The notes below the pieces were generated by a model. That model did not search any database. It had not been told where the DNA came from and saw only the letters and a list, made by a program, of their open reading frames with translations. DNA of 64,000 nt, from NCBI GenBank assembly GCA_964016885.1, contig OZ024745.1:128836001-128900000 (forward strand), read 5' to 3'. Shown one piece after another: positions 39,780-53,805 of this stretch (its first letter is position 1; the number at the start of each line of letters is the position of its first letter). The stretch comes from Eledone cirrhosa. Lineage: Eukaryota. A program made the translations under genes and the position numbers.

Positions 39780-40317
39780 CTGGTGGTGGTGGTGGAGCTA
39801 GTGGTTGTGGTGGTGGTGGAGGTAGTGGAGCTGGTGGTGGTAGTAGTGGTGGTGGAGCTGGTGGTTGTGGTGGTGGTGGTAGTAGTGGTGGTTATTGGGT
39901 AGTGATGCTGGTAAAGTGTTTATATGGAGGCTTTTGTTTGTAGTGGAATGTGTTGGTGTTGTTGTTTTTGATGATGATGATGATGATGGTCAGATGATGA
40001 TGATGATGATGGTCAGATGATGATGGTGATGGTAGTATTGGAATTCTCCAGTTATTCAATAACAGTAACAGTGAATGAGACTTATGCTGATATTTGAGGT
40101 GTGTCATGATGATGATGGCTATACATTGGTTATGGTGATGATGATGATGGCTATACATTGGTCATGGTGATGGTGATGATGATGATGGCTATGATGATCA
40201 TCATTACCATCATCAATGTGGAGATAGTGTTGTTATTGGTGATGATGATGGCCACAATAAGGACCAACCTCTTAATTTGTGAACAGTGAAACAATTGTTG
40301 TTCTTAGACACTAAGTC

Positions 40318-41310
40318 TTTCTCACGTACCCCTCCCTCTCTTTCTCACGTACCCCTCCCTCTCTTTCTCACGTACCCCTCCCTCTCTTTCTCACGTACCC
40401 CTACCTCTCTTTCTCACATACCCCTACCTCTCTTTCTCACATACCCCTCCCTCTCTTTCTCACGTACCCCTCCCTCTCATTCTCACGTACCCCTCCCCCT
40501 CTTTCTCACGTACCACTCCCCTCTTTCTCACATACCCCTCCCTGTCTCACATACCCCTCCCTCTCTTTCTCACATACTCCTCCTTCTCTTTCTCACATAC
40601 TCCTCCCTCTCTTTCTCACATACTCCTCCCTCTCTTTCTCATCTCACATACTCCTCCCTCTCTTTCTCACATACTCCTTCTTCTCTTTCTCACATACCCC
40701 CCTCTCTCCCCTCACATACTCCCCTCTCTCCCCTCACATACTCCCCTCTCTCCCCTCACATACTCCCCTCTCTCCCCTCACATACTCCCCTCTCTCTCCC
40801 CTCACATACTCCCCTCTCTCTCCCCTCACATACTCCCCTCTCTCTCCCATCACATACTCCCCTCTCTCTCCCATCACATACTCCCCTCTCTCTCTCCCAT
40901 CACATACTCCCCTCTCTCTCTCCCATCACATACTCCCCTCTCTCTCTCCCATCACATACTCCCCTCTCTCTCTCCCATCACATACTCCCCTCTCTCTCCC
41001 CCATCACATACTCCCCTCTCTCTCCCCTCACATACTCCCCTCTCTCTCCCCTCACATACTCCCCTCTCTCTCCCCTCACATACTCCCCTCTCTCTCCCAT
41101 CACATACTCCCCTCTCTCTCCCCCATCACATACTCCCCTCTCTCTCCCCCATCACATACTCCCCTCTCTCTTCCCCATCACATACTCCCCTCTCTCTTCC
41201 CCATCACATACTCCCCTCTCTCTCTCCCATCACATACTCCCCTCTCTCTCTCCCATCACATACTCCCCTCTCTCTCTCCCATCACATACTCCCCTCTCTC
41301 TCCCATCACA
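40318..41310 (+). repeat. About 23-28-bp pyrimidine-rich minisatellite with a unit gradient
   Basis: Unit drifts from TCACGTACCCCTCCCTCTCTTTC to TCACATACTCCCCTCTCTCTCCCA along the array. Confidence 0.95.
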
Positions 41311-41649
41311 TCTCTTTCTTTCTCACTTCTATCGTCATCTCCATGTTACATCATACACACTTTCTTATACAATCTTCTCTAACTTCATCTATTTTTTTCA
41401 TTCATATTTTCTATCTTCCACTCTATTCTTTCCACCCCTCTATTCTTTCCACCCCTCTATTCTTTCCACCCCTCTATTCTTTCCATCTTCTGCTATGTGT
41501 TATCTTCTTCATCCTCATCAGTGGTTTTTGGGGGGGTTTTTTTCTGTATCATCTTCTCTCTTTCACACCTGATATCTATCATTTTCTCTTGATAATCTTG
41601 CTGCAGTTGTTGTTGTAGTTATTTACAATATTATTGTTAGTGTTGGTGT

Positions 41650-42343
41650 TGAATTTGCAGAATTGGTAGAGCGTTGTACAAATGCTTAGCGGTATTTGTT
41701 TGGCTCGTTACGTTTTAAGTTCAAATCCTGCTGAGGTTAGCTTTGTCTTTCATCCTTCCAGAGTCAATAAAATAAACACCAGTAATACACTTGGGTTGAT
41801 TTAGTCGAGCCCCCCCCCCCCCCCAAAAAAAAATAGTTGACCTTGTACCTAAATCAGAAACCATTATTATAATTATTAAGGGCGGTGGCTTGGCAGTATC
41901 GATAGAGGGTCGGACGCCATGCTTTCTAGCACAGTTACGTCCCTTTACAGTCTTTAGTTCAAATCCCGCCGAGGTTGACTTTGCCTTTCATCTTTACGGG
42001 GTCGATAAAATAAAGTACCAGTAATGCGCTGGGTTAATTGCTGGCCTTGTGCCAAAAGTAGAAACAGTTGTGGATTTGGCAGTATCGGTAGAGGGTCGCA
42101 GGCCACGATTTGCAACGTGGAGTTACTGCCCTTTACGTTATGTGTTCAAATCCCACCAAGGTTAAATTTTGCTGTTCATCCTTACATGGTCGATAAAATA
42201 AACTACCAGTAATGCACTGGGGTCGATTTAATTGACTTCCCCCTCCTCTCAAAATTGTTGGCCTTGTGCCTAAATCAGAAACCACATTATCCTGCTGAGC
42301 TTAGCTTTGCCTTTTATCCTTGTGGAGTCGCTAAAATAAACGA

Positions 42344-42345
<2 letters not shown>
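41650..42345 (+). mobile_element. Cluster of 3-4 head-to-tail SINE family A copies
   Basis: B-box GTTCAAATCC near 41719, 41957 and 42145, plus a body fragment near 42295. Confidence 0.9.
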
Positions 42346-42380
<35 letters not shown>

Positions 42381-43185
42381 TTTATTTTAAAAATATTGTT
42401 GTTCATATTGTAGTTGTCCACTAGAATCGTTCCCTTCTTCCTCCGCCCACTCTGTATTATAATTAATGACTGTAAGCAAATACAAGCTATTTTGTTGCAC
42501 CTCGTTACAGTTTTGGGAATATCATGCATTACATAAGCCCTCCTCCCCCCTCTCCTATACTCCTTTCTGAAGTACTCCCCTGATACTCTAATTGATTGCA
42601 TTTCATCTTTCATATTGTCTGAAATAAGCATATTTATACCTATGCTTGAATTGCATGGGTAGAGTCTAAAATGCCTTAGGGAAGCTCTTTTTGTATTATA
42701 TATAAAGTCACAAATACACACACTCTCGCGCAAATACACATACACTCACGCCCACAAACACTCACGCCCACAGACGCACACACAAACACACATACACACA
42801 CTGTAAAGTCTCTCATGCTAAATATAGAGAGTGGGAAAACTTCAATCAATTAAGATTATTCCTTGATATATATATATATATATATTATGTATGCATATGT
42901 ATGTTTATATATATGAGTGTGTGGATATATCGTCATCATCATATATATATACATAATGTGGGTGTGTATATGTACAAATGCTCTCTTTCTCTCTCTCTGT
43001 TTGTCTCTCTCTTTCTCTCTTTCTTTCTCTCTTTCTTCTTCTCTCTTTCTCTCTCTCTTTCTCTCTTTCTTTCTCTTTCTCTCTGTCTCTCTCTCTCTCT
43101 CTGGCACACTCACCACCACCAAATCCACACAGAGTAGTGATGGAATTTAGGTTGTCATTAAATTTAATAAAAGAACACACACACA

Positions 43186-43217
<32 letters not shown>

Positions 43218-43958
43218 TACACACACATACACACACACACACAAGAAAAAAATTACAAACAATACAAAGAAAACAACGAAAATAATTTTTGTTAAGCAAT
43301 CAAAAATGTCAGCCTCATCATTTTTTCTCCTTGTCCCCCCCCCCTCTGTCTCCTCCCATAATCATTATCACCGCTACCATCACTCTGCTTATCAACCAGC
43401 ATACATGCATGCACACACGCATGCATACATGCATGCACACACACATGCAATCATCTGCACACTGTGTAAGCCAGAATGTCACGGTGCCCTCAAAAATTTT
43501 CAGCCGAGCTCAGCTGTCAATATATTTCAATTATGGAACTGCAGCAGTAGATTGTTGAGAATGCAGTCTCTTGGTGCAACTGCGTGCATGCATGCATCTC
43601 CATAAGCATGCATTGCTTGTGTGCACACATGCGCGCATGCTTTATTGTGTGGTGTACCTGTGTACATGTGTATTGGCGCCTGTGTATGTATATATATATA
43701 TATACACTCGCACCCATCAGCATTGCTCTGTTGTGGTAAATAAATGAGGGTTGTTGTTGTACTGTTAAACCCTGTATCTGTGAATGAATTGTGTGTGTAT
43801 ATATATGTATATATATATACACACAGCTCATATATATGTATGTATATATATATATATGTATGTATGTAGTTGTGTGTATAGTGTGCTGCAAGTGTTGGCG
43901 TTTTATAATGTATGTGGCAGCAAATGTTAATGTTTCTATTGGTTAGTGTGCACATATC

Positions 43959-43996
<38 letters not shown>

Positions 43997-44096
43997 CTTC
44001 TCTGTGTGTCTGTGTGTAATTTTTAATAATAATTATACTAATAATAATTAAAAAATATATATATTTTAATGGCTGCAAATTGGCCAAATAATTAAA

Positions 44097-44286
44097 TAAT
44101 TGTTTCTACTTTTAGCACAAGGCCAGCAATTATCCAGTGCATTACTGGTACTTTATTTTATCGACCCCGTAAAGATGAAAGGCAAAGTTAACCTCGGCGG
44201 GATTTGAACTCAGACCGTAAAGGGCCATAACTCTATGCTGAAAAGCATGGCGTCCACCCCTCTACCGATACTGCCAATCCACCGCC
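44097..44286 (-). mobile_element. SINE family A, full length, with probable TSD CAAATAATTAAATAA
   Basis: Reverse complement of the consensus; the same 15-mer lies at about 44085 and 44290. Confidence 0.92.
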
Positions 44287-45414
44287 TTTCAAATAATTAA
44301 ATAAAAAACTGCTGTAACTGTGCAAGACAAAAAATGAAAAAAAGAAAGATTCTCAAAATGGTGAGAGGTCAATCAAATGGTTCTGGGAACTCTCTACACA
44401 CCTTCAGATTGTCCTGATACACCAAAACAAGTGCCTCCTCTCTCTTGACTGGCTCGCTGGTTCCTTGGTAGCAGTTATAGCCACCAGCCATACAGTTAGT
44501 TAGTTGTAGGTCCAATTAAACCTTGCTAGTTTTTGTCACTCTTGCTCATATTTCATGAAATCTTTACTGGTGGGGAGTCATTCCTCTTTAGTTCCACCAT
44601 TAGCCTATCTTCAAGTGGTACTTGGAGATGATGATGAGGGGGTTAAACTGAGAAGACAGGCTCTGTTTTCAAACCTTTCAATTATGTACATTACAACAGC
44701 CAAGTAGTCCAGTCCCCTCTGTATTTCTACCTGCACCTCATATCAGCACTGGCCAGTACATCTGCCCCCTTTTTCTGCTCCCTTCTCTGTCAGCCATTTA
44801 TCACAGACTGCCACACCCACCCCCTCTCTCTCTCTCTCTCACATGGTACCTCCCTGGTTTATACTTTAAACCTCTCCCCTGTCTGTTGCCTCACTACAGA
44901 GATGATGAGGCCATTATTGTAGCAGCCCTTTATTTATTTATTCATTTATTCATTTATTATTTTATTCAATAATTTTTATTGTTCTCTTTTAGAGTGTGTT
45001 TGTGAATGTGTGTGTGTATGTATTTGTCAGTGTGTGTTTGTGAATGTGTCTGTGTATTTGTCAGTGTGTGTTTGTGATTGTGTATGTGTATTTGTCTGTG
45101 TGTTTGTGAATGTGTGTGTGTGTGTGTGTATTTGTCTGTGTGTTTGTGAATGTGTGTGTGTATTTGTGTGTGTGTGTGTGTATTTGTCTGTGTGTATGTA
45201 TTTGTGAGTGATTTCTAGGAAGAGAGAAAAGGGTGGATGACTTTAATGGGAGATGAAAATATCTGGTGGTGATGGTGGTGGTGGTGGTGGTGGTGGTGGT
45301 GGTGGTGCAATTGACAAGGTAAGCAGCAGTGGCGGAGGGGAGGTTCGGGTGTACTGATGATGATAATGCTGGTAGTTTTATAATGGTGTAAAATCATAAG
45401 AATGACAATGGTAG

Positions 45415-45680
45415 TGGTGCTGGTGGTGGTGGTGGCGATGTGGGTGCTAGTAGTGGTGGTGGTGTTGGTGGTGGTGGTGTTGTTGATGAGGGTGGTGGCG
45501 ATGTGGGTGCTAGTAGTGGTGGTGGTGGTGGTGGCGATGTGGGTGCTAGTAGTGGTGGTGGTGTTGGTGGTGGTGGTGTTGTTGATGAGGGTGGTGGCGA
45601 TGTGGGTGCTAGTAGTGGTGGTGGTGGTGGTGGTGTTGATGAGAGTGGTGGCGATGTGGGTGCTAGTAGTAGTAGTTGTA
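45415..45680 (+). repeat. (GGT)n-based minisatellite with GTGGCGATGTGGGTGCTAGTAGT core x5
   Basis: Direct reading. Confidence 0.9.
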
Positions 45681-45985
45681 ATGGTGTAAATATTAAAGAA
45701 TTGCAATGACTGCATTGGTTGTGAGATGAGGGTGGTGATAGTGGTGGTGGTAGGGGTGATGGTAGTGGTGGTGAGAGTGGTAGTGGTAGTGGTGGTGATG
45801 ATGGTGAGGGTGTAGTATTGGTCATGACTGATGATTATGAATGTGTGTGTATATCATCATCATCATCGTCGTCGTTTTTACGGCTGCTTTTCCACGCTTG
45901 CATCCATCCATCATCGACATCTCTAAGACTTTCATCATCATCATCATCATCATCATCACCCATATTATTATTGTTGTTACTGGCA

Positions 45986-46026
<41 letters not shown>

Positions 46027-46029
<3 letters not shown>

Positions 46030-46211
46030 AGTTATTCCGGGTTGAATCGGAGGTAAGTAAGGTACTCAATACATAGCAGAGTATAAAAGTTTTAATATAG
46101 ATGAGATTCTACAGGACTAGAACTGTTTCATTCTTTAGAAATCATCAGGAATCTGGGATTCCTGATGATTTCTAAAGAATGAAACAGTTCTAGTCCTGTA
46201 GAATCTCATCT
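46027..46211 (-). mobile_element. TA-associated fold-back element carrying hammerhead ribozyme motifs
   Basis: Perfect 55-bp arms (46099-46153 and 46157-46211, loop TGG); unique tail 46027-46098 abuts (TA)n and contains GTATTGAGTAC on the minus strand. Confidence 0.75.
46154..46208 (+). ncRNA. Candidate type I hammerhead ribozyme (mirror copy on the minus strand at about 46102-46154)
   Basis: Stem I TGGGATTC/GAATCTCA; core CTGATGA 46162-46168; stem II T-TTC-TAAA-GAA-T; GAAA 46181-46184; stem III ACAG/CTGT; GUA cleavage triplet ending at 46200. The first stem II pair is a non-canonical U.U. Confidence 0.7.
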
Positions 46212-47654
46212 CTCTATATATAGAGAGAGAGATGGTGACAGTGGTAGCAGTGATAATGGGTGGTAGTTGAGATAATGGAGAGCTATTTGATGTTGTTGTT
46301 GTTGTTGCCTGTAGTGTGTAGGCGGAGCAGACATGAATTAGAAGCCACTTTTGCTTGTAACAGAAAGAAATAGTATTGGTTCCTAATAAAATCATGATTA
46401 AGCAAATGCATTTAGTTCATTTAATCACAGCCATCCATCATCACCATCATCAACATTATTTACATCTCTCAGACCTTCATCATCATCTTCATCATCTATA
46501 ATATTATTGTTACTGTCATCTCATTTTTTTCTTCTTTACAGTAACCTCACCTCCCCCCTCTCATTCTGGTCTTCCTCCCACTTTCACTGTTTCTCTGTCA
46601 CTCACTCCCACTACCACCTTTTTCTCCAAGCTCTACTTCCTTCTGCCACTCCTGCCATTTTCTCTTTTTCCACCTCCCACCATCACTTATTTTTTTCCAC
46701 TCCCACCAATCTTTCCTTCTGTCCTTCCTCCTCCCACTACATTCTCTCCAACTCTTTCTTCTCCCTTTCTTCCACAGTGTTCTATGTTTCTCTCTCTTCC
46801 CCTCCTCTCTCTTCCATAGTTCTCCCTTCCATAGTTCTCCCTCTTTATCTCTCTCTCTCTCTCTCCTTCCCTCCTCTCTTCCATAGTTCTCCCTCTTTAT
46901 CTCTCTCTCCTTCCCTCCTCTCTCTTCCATAGTTCTCCCTCCTTCCCTCCTCTCTCTTCCATAGTTCTCCCTCCTTCCCTCCTCTCTCTTCATATTGCTC
47001 TCTATTTATCTCTCCTCCCCTCCTCTCTATTTTTCTTATCTTTTTCTCTCTCCCCCCCTCAATCTCCCTTTCACCTATTTTCCTTTCATCCTCATCTGTC
47101 TCCTTTTGTCTCATCTCCCTCCCATCTTTTACCCCCCCCCCATCTACTAACTAGCACCACCACTACTAACTAGCACCACCACTACTAACTAGCACCACCA
47201 CTACTAACTAGTACCACCACTACTAACTAGTACCACCACTACTAACTACTATTACATGTACTTTTACCAATTTTTCATTCCTTGGAGAGAAAGAAAAACC
47301 TGTAAAAATATCATTCATAAAAGAGACAATATTATCCATACAAAATAAATTGCTGATTATGATAATTAGTTTCTAATTAAGGCACAAGGCTAGAAATTTG
47401 TAGTGGGGAGGGGTTTAGTCAATAAATCAGCACCAGTATTTTACTGGTACTTTATTTTTATCACACTCAACATAATACTTGTGGTAGTTATAATAATATA
47501 TAGTAGTAATAGTAATTATAATAATTGGTTTTTAACTAAGGCACAAGGCTAGAAATTTGTAAGGTGGGATTTAGTTGATTAAATCAGCTCCAGTATTTTA
47601 CTGGTACCATAATTTAGTGACCCCCCCCCCCCAGAATAATGATAATAATAATAA

Positions 47655-47838
47655 TAATTGTTTCTACTTTAGGCACAAGGCCAGCAATTACCCAGTGCAT
47701 TACTGGTACTTTATTTTATCGACCCCGTAAGGATGAAAGGCAAAGTCAACCTCGGCGGGATTTGAACTCAGATCGTAAAGGGACGTAACTATGCTGGAAA
47801 GCATGGCGTCTGACCCTCTACCGATACTGCCAATCCAG
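47655..47838 (-). mobile_element. SINE family A, near full length (older fragments at 47365-47465 and 47520-47620; 3' fragment at 48157-48254)
   Basis: Reverse complement of the consensus. Confidence 0.9.
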
Positions 47839-48156
47839 TGATTTCATTTATTAGCCACAAGAGCCGACATGTAGGGGACAATACAAAGACAGGGACGGTG
47901 GGGTTTACAATAAGGTCGAGTAAAAGTGCACAATGGCAAGACTAATTTAACAATGAAGATATAAAAATATAAAATATACTATGCATAAATATAACAAAAT
48001 AAATTCCCCGATAGTGGGTGGACGACCCTGGGGTGACTCGGGTACCCCACCAATCCTGAACCACCCTGCACTCCTGGGTACCCAGGGAGAGCACCCCTCT
48101 CCTCAAGTTAGCTAGCCTATAGGCGCATGGTCAGAGTAGGCCCATTCACATGAGCC
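47839..48156 (-). mobile_element. LINE 3' end (Tx1/L1-like) between two SINE A copies
   Basis: Minus strand: ORF end AHVNGPTLTMRL*, then a 3'UTR ending GTCCCTGTCTTTGTATTGTCCCC...CTTGTGGCTAATAAATGAAATC; homologous 3' end at 60190-60265. Clade call is tentative. Confidence 0.55.
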
Positions 48157-48624
48157 ATAATTGTTTCTACTTTTGGCACAAGGCCAGCAATTATCCCAGT
48201 GTATTACTGGTACTTTATTTTATCGACCTCGTAAGGATGAAAGGCAAAGTTAACTAATAATAATAATAAGTTTAGAAATCTATCAGATGCTGTAGTAAAA
48301 TATGGGATGTGTGTGTTGGCGTCTTTTCAGTATTTCTTTTTAGTCTTTCAAGTCTCTCTCTCTCTCTCCCTCCCTCACTCTCTCCCTATCTCTCACTCTC
48401 TCTCTCCCTCTCTCTCACTCTCTCTCTCCCTCTCTCTCCCTATCTCTCACTCTCTCTCTCCCTATCTCTCTCCCTCTCCCTCCCTCACTCTCTCCCTATC
48501 CCTCCCTCACTCTCTCCCTATCCCTCCCTCACTCTCTCCCTATCTCTCACTCTCTCTCTCCCTATCTCTCTCACTCTCTCTCTCTCTCTCACTCTCTCTC
48601 TCTCTCTCACTCTCTCTCACTCTC

Positions 48625-48681
<57 letters not shown>

Positions 48682-49629
48682 TTTCTCATCTTTCTCGGCT
48701 GCTGGCTTGTGGTTTGTTACAAAAATTACAGTCAGTTTTGTTTTGCAAGATTTATCGATCACCTCACTTTTGCTTTACTGTGCATTTTGTTGAAACTGCT
48801 GAGCTGTCATTCTAGAGAAATGTATGTTATTAAAGATTTGCATGTGTGCATGCGTTGCATTGCATTGCATCATGTAGCATTACATATGCTTCTCTGCAAC
48901 TATCGATGCTACTGACTTGCTAGTAGACCTATTACTACATTTTTTTTGTGTGTGTGTGTTTGTTTGTTTGTTGATTAAATTATCTATTTTTTTAGACGTT
49001 CTTTTTCTAATTTTTTTCTAATTTTTTTCTTCTTTTTTTTTCTTTTTTTTCTTTTTCTTTTACTTTATTGTAGTCTTCCAACCCCCTCCCCCATTCATTT
49101 CCTTTCTTTTATTTTAAAATTTCGTAACCTTTCCTTGTGTAAACTCACTCACTCATCATCATCATCATTGCTAGTTTTTCTTTCACCACCATCACCATCA
49201 CCACCATTGTCTCTCTCTCTCTCTCTCTCTCTTTGTCTATGTGTATTTCTTCTTTTTCTTCATAGCCATTGATGTTTCTTTGGACATTTTTCAAATCTAA
49301 CCACCAGAACCTGCCCGTGTTTCTATAATACAAAACTATATATTTTTTCAAATGTTTATATTTCTCTAAAGACATTACACCTTACTTTTTATGTAAGAAC
49401 CTTTGTTAATTTAGGTTCGAAACTCCAGCTTAATAATGAGAAAATTATATAATTTAAATCATACTAAACTCTTAATTATTTTTCGAAATTATTTGAAAAT
49501 CATAGACTGTCTTTCACTCTGTGTTTGTAATAGTCTGTGGTTCTGTGGTGCTAGTTGCAGGAAAGTGTGTGTGTATGACTGTGTATGTATATATATGTGT
49601 GTGTGTAAAATTGTGTATATACATGCATA

Positions 49630-49717
49630 TGTATGCCTCTCTGTGTATTTATATATATATATATATATATATGGCTGTGTATATATCTACATGTGTATGT
49701 GTATGCCTCTGTATGTG

Positions 49718-49791
<74 letters not shown>

Positions 49792-49829
49792 TGTGTATAT
49801 ATCTACATGTGTATGCCTCTGTATGTGTA

Positions 49830-49867
<38 letters not shown>

Positions 49868-49980
49868 TGTGTATATATTTACATGTGTATGCCTCTGTAT
49901 GTGTATATAAGGCTGTGTATATATCTACATGTGTATGCCTCTGTGTGTGTATATATATACACACAGAGGCATACACATGT

Positions 49981-50038
<58 letters not shown>

Positions 50039-50152
50039 CTCTGTATATATCTACATGTGTATGCCTCTATGTGTATATATATATATATATAAAGCTGTGT
50101 ATGCCTCTCTGTGTGTCTATATATATATATATATGGCTGTGTATATATCTAC

Positions 50153-50193
<41 letters not shown>

Positions 50194-50231
50194 GCTGTGT
50201 ATATATCTACATGTTTATGCCTCTGTGTGTG

Positions 50232-50266
<35 letters not shown>

Positions 50267-50552
50267 CTGTGTATATATCTACATGTGTATATATCTACAT
50301 GTGTATGCTTCTGTGTGTATATATATATGGCTGTGTATATATCTACATGTGTATGCCTCTGTGTGTATATATATATATATATATATAAGGCTGTGTATAT
50401 ATCTACATGTGTATGCTTCTGTGTGTATATATATATATATATGGCTGTGTATATATCTAGATGTGTATATATCTACATGTGTATGCTTCTGTGTGTATAT
50501 ATATATATAAATAAGGCTGTGTATATATCTACATGTGTATGCCTCTCTGTGT
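49630..50552 (+). repeat. Compound minisatellite GGCTGTGTATATATCTACATGTGTATGCCTCTGT + (TA)n, with one inverted unit
   Basis: More than 12 units; inverted unit CACAGAGGCATACACATGTAGATAT at about 49962-49986. Confidence 0.92.
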
Positions 50553-51696
50553 AGTGTATGTACATGGATGGATGCACAAATCTTCCTCCACTCTACCTCC
50601 TATGTTTGTGCTACTATACTGTTTATAGCCGCCGCTGCTGCTGCTGCTGCTGTTGGTGATGGTGGGGGTATTTTGGTGGCGGCAGCATCAGCAGCAGTCA
50701 GTGATACTACTACTGCTGCTGCATCTGTTGTTGCTGTTGTTGCTATTAATACTCCTTTCATCTGATGCTATAGGAGCTGCTGATGTTGCGAGTTCTCTTA
50801 CTCTAGCTGTTGTTAGTGTTGCTGTTGGTGCTGCTGCTGGTGGTGCTGCTGTTGGTGCTGAATCTGGTATAATTGTTCTGGGTACTACTAGTGACTTGGT
50901 GGTAGTTTTTTTTGAATTTTTTCTATTATTTTAATAGTATTAGTAGTAGTAGTAGTGGTGGTGGTGGTGGTTGCGTTGGTAGTAGTAGTAATAGTAGTGG
51001 TGGTAGCATTTGAAAAATAGTTGTGTAGTTGTTTTTGTTAGAAGTAGTAGTAGTAGTATCTTCATTTGTGTTAGTGGAAATTAGTGGTGCTTTCGCTGTT
51101 GCTGCTGTTGACATTTATGATGTTGATGATGATAATAATTATGGCAGTGGCGGTAGGGGTAGTAATGGTGGTATTGGTCTAGGTTCATGAAGATGGTAAG
51201 GGTGAGAAGTAGATTAGTGAGAAAGAAGAAACTGTGTTGGAAATACAGTTTGATGGATATATGTATATCTAGCTAGCTGGGTGGATATATGGATAGATAG
51301 ATAGATAGATAGATAGATGGATAGATAGATGAATGGATGAGTGGTTGAATGACTTGTGAAAATGTTTGAGAATAAAAGTTGAAGAAGGGGGAAACAAACA
51401 AACAAAAAAAAAAAAATACAGCAAGGTAGAAATCAAACCAACAACAAACATGAGAATGATTTCGAAAAACATGAACAGCAGCAATATAAAGACTGATTGC
51501 AGCAACATCAGTAACAACAATATTAATAATAATAATATTAACAACAGTAATAGTGAAAATGATAATGGTGAAAATAGTCACAACATGAGGAACAACCACA
51601 ATACTTTTAACAAAACCAAGTGTGAAAGTACCAGGCTGTGTATTCTGCAAGTGAGGGGAAAAATTCTCAAGTATGTAAAAATCAGCATCTTATTTC

Positions 51697-51739
<43 letters not shown>

Positions 51740-53058
51740 GGTGGTGTTGATGTTGGAGATGATGATGAGAGTGGTAGTGATGATGATGGTGATAAATTTG
51801 TGTGGTGGTGGTGGAGCTGTTGCTGGTACTGCTGTTATTGCTGTTGTGACTCCTTTTGTGTCAGAGTTGGTGTTAAGATGATGATATTGATGATGATGAT
51901 GATGATAGAGGTTTTATGTTTATAGTGATGGTGATAATGATTATGGTGGTGGTTAGTGATAGTTTTATCTGTTGATGATGATGGTGGTGGTGGTTAGTGA
52001 TAGTGATGATGTTGATGATGATGATGTTCCTGTTTGAGATGGAGAGCTGTTCTGTTCTTTTTAGATTTAGTTGTGTACTTGTCTACTTAGCTGCTTTTTT
52101 TTTTTTGGCTTCAAAGACCCACTTACTTGCTGTTGATGTGGGGGAGGGCATTATGTAACATGGGTAGGGGCTTGTGCTGGTGGTGGTGGGTTATAATACA
52201 CTATATGAAATATTGAGTGTATTGCCGGGGGTGGTGGTAGTGGTGATCAGATATGAGAGATATTCTGTGTGTGTGTGTGTGTGAGTGTAGCTAAGAATAA
52301 ATATGTGCTGTGCTTTCAGAATTTAAATGTGTGTGTGTGTGTGTATTACATTGTAAGGCATGTGAGAAACTGTGTGAGTATGTTTGTATGTATATGTGGG
52401 TGTACGGTGTAATATAGATCCAATGTATGAAGAACTATATATGCATGCATGCGTGTGTATTTGTTGTATACATCAATATATTAGCCGTGTGTGTGTGTGG
52501 TTAAGCATAAAAATGTGCTGTGCTTTCAGAATTTGAATGTGTGTGTGTGTGTGTAGTATAAGGCAGACTTAATATATGAGAAACTGTATGTATGGACATG
52601 TGTATGTATAAGATAGAGCCAATGTATAAAGAACTATATGTGCTTGCATGCGTGTGTGTATTTGTCGTAAGGGCACCAATACTGTGTGTGTGTGTGTGGG
52701 TGTGTGAGATGAAAACAATTATATAATGTGCTGTGCTTTTAGATATTGAACGCGAGTACTGCGTGCGTAATATTAGGCAGATCCAATATTTGAGAAACCG
52801 AGCATGCATCTGTGTGTGTGCTGTGTACACGGGTGCTATGTAATATGCTGCGCTTGGCTTTTTCTAGATTTTGCTGTAATGTGTGTGTGTGTGTTGTGTG
52901 TGGGTGGGTGTGGTGTAGTGTTGTGTGTCTTTTGATGTGTAATTATGTAGTGTTTTCATTTAGTGTTTCTTGGGTCTGTGTGATTGTGTGAGGGACAGAG
53001 GGAGTCCCCAGGTAAATTTACCAAATGTGTTCTTGTATTTTATGGTTATGTGTATGTA

Positions 53059-53105
<47 letters not shown>

Positions 53106-53248
53106 ATGTGTATATGTATGTATATATATTAAACATTGCTCTGATCTGTGTGTGTGAGAGTGTGTGTGTGTGTATATATATATATATGTATGTATATATA
53201 TAAAACATTGCTTTGATCTGTGTGTGTATATATATATATGTATGTGTG

Positions 53249-53288
<40 letters not shown>

Positions 53289-53501
53289 CGTGTGTGTATA
53301 TATATATTTATATATATATATGTGTGTGTATGTGTATATATATAAAACATTGCTTTGATCGGTGTGTATGTGTGTGTTTCAATTTGTGGGTAAGTCTCTA
53401 TGTGTGATTATTTAATGTGCTGTGTTAGTACTTTCTGGTTGAGTGTATGTATATGTGCTGAGCAGCACAGTGATATGTTTCTGTGTCACACACACTGAAT
53501 T

Positions 53502-53563
<62 letters not shown>

Positions 53564-53617
53564 GCAGTCTCAATACATTTTAATGCAATGTGCTGTGCTT
53601 GTAATTTCTGGTTCTGT

Positions 53618-53695
<78 letters not shown>

Positions 53696-53751
53696 ACACA
53701 CACACACACATATATATCATCATCATTTTACGTCCTGGCTGAGAAATGGAT

Positions 53752-53805
<54 letters not shown>

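Noticed and set aside
51366-51881. 171-aa Asn-rich ORF
   Set aside because: Built from AAT/AAC/GTT trinucleotide repeats with no homology signal
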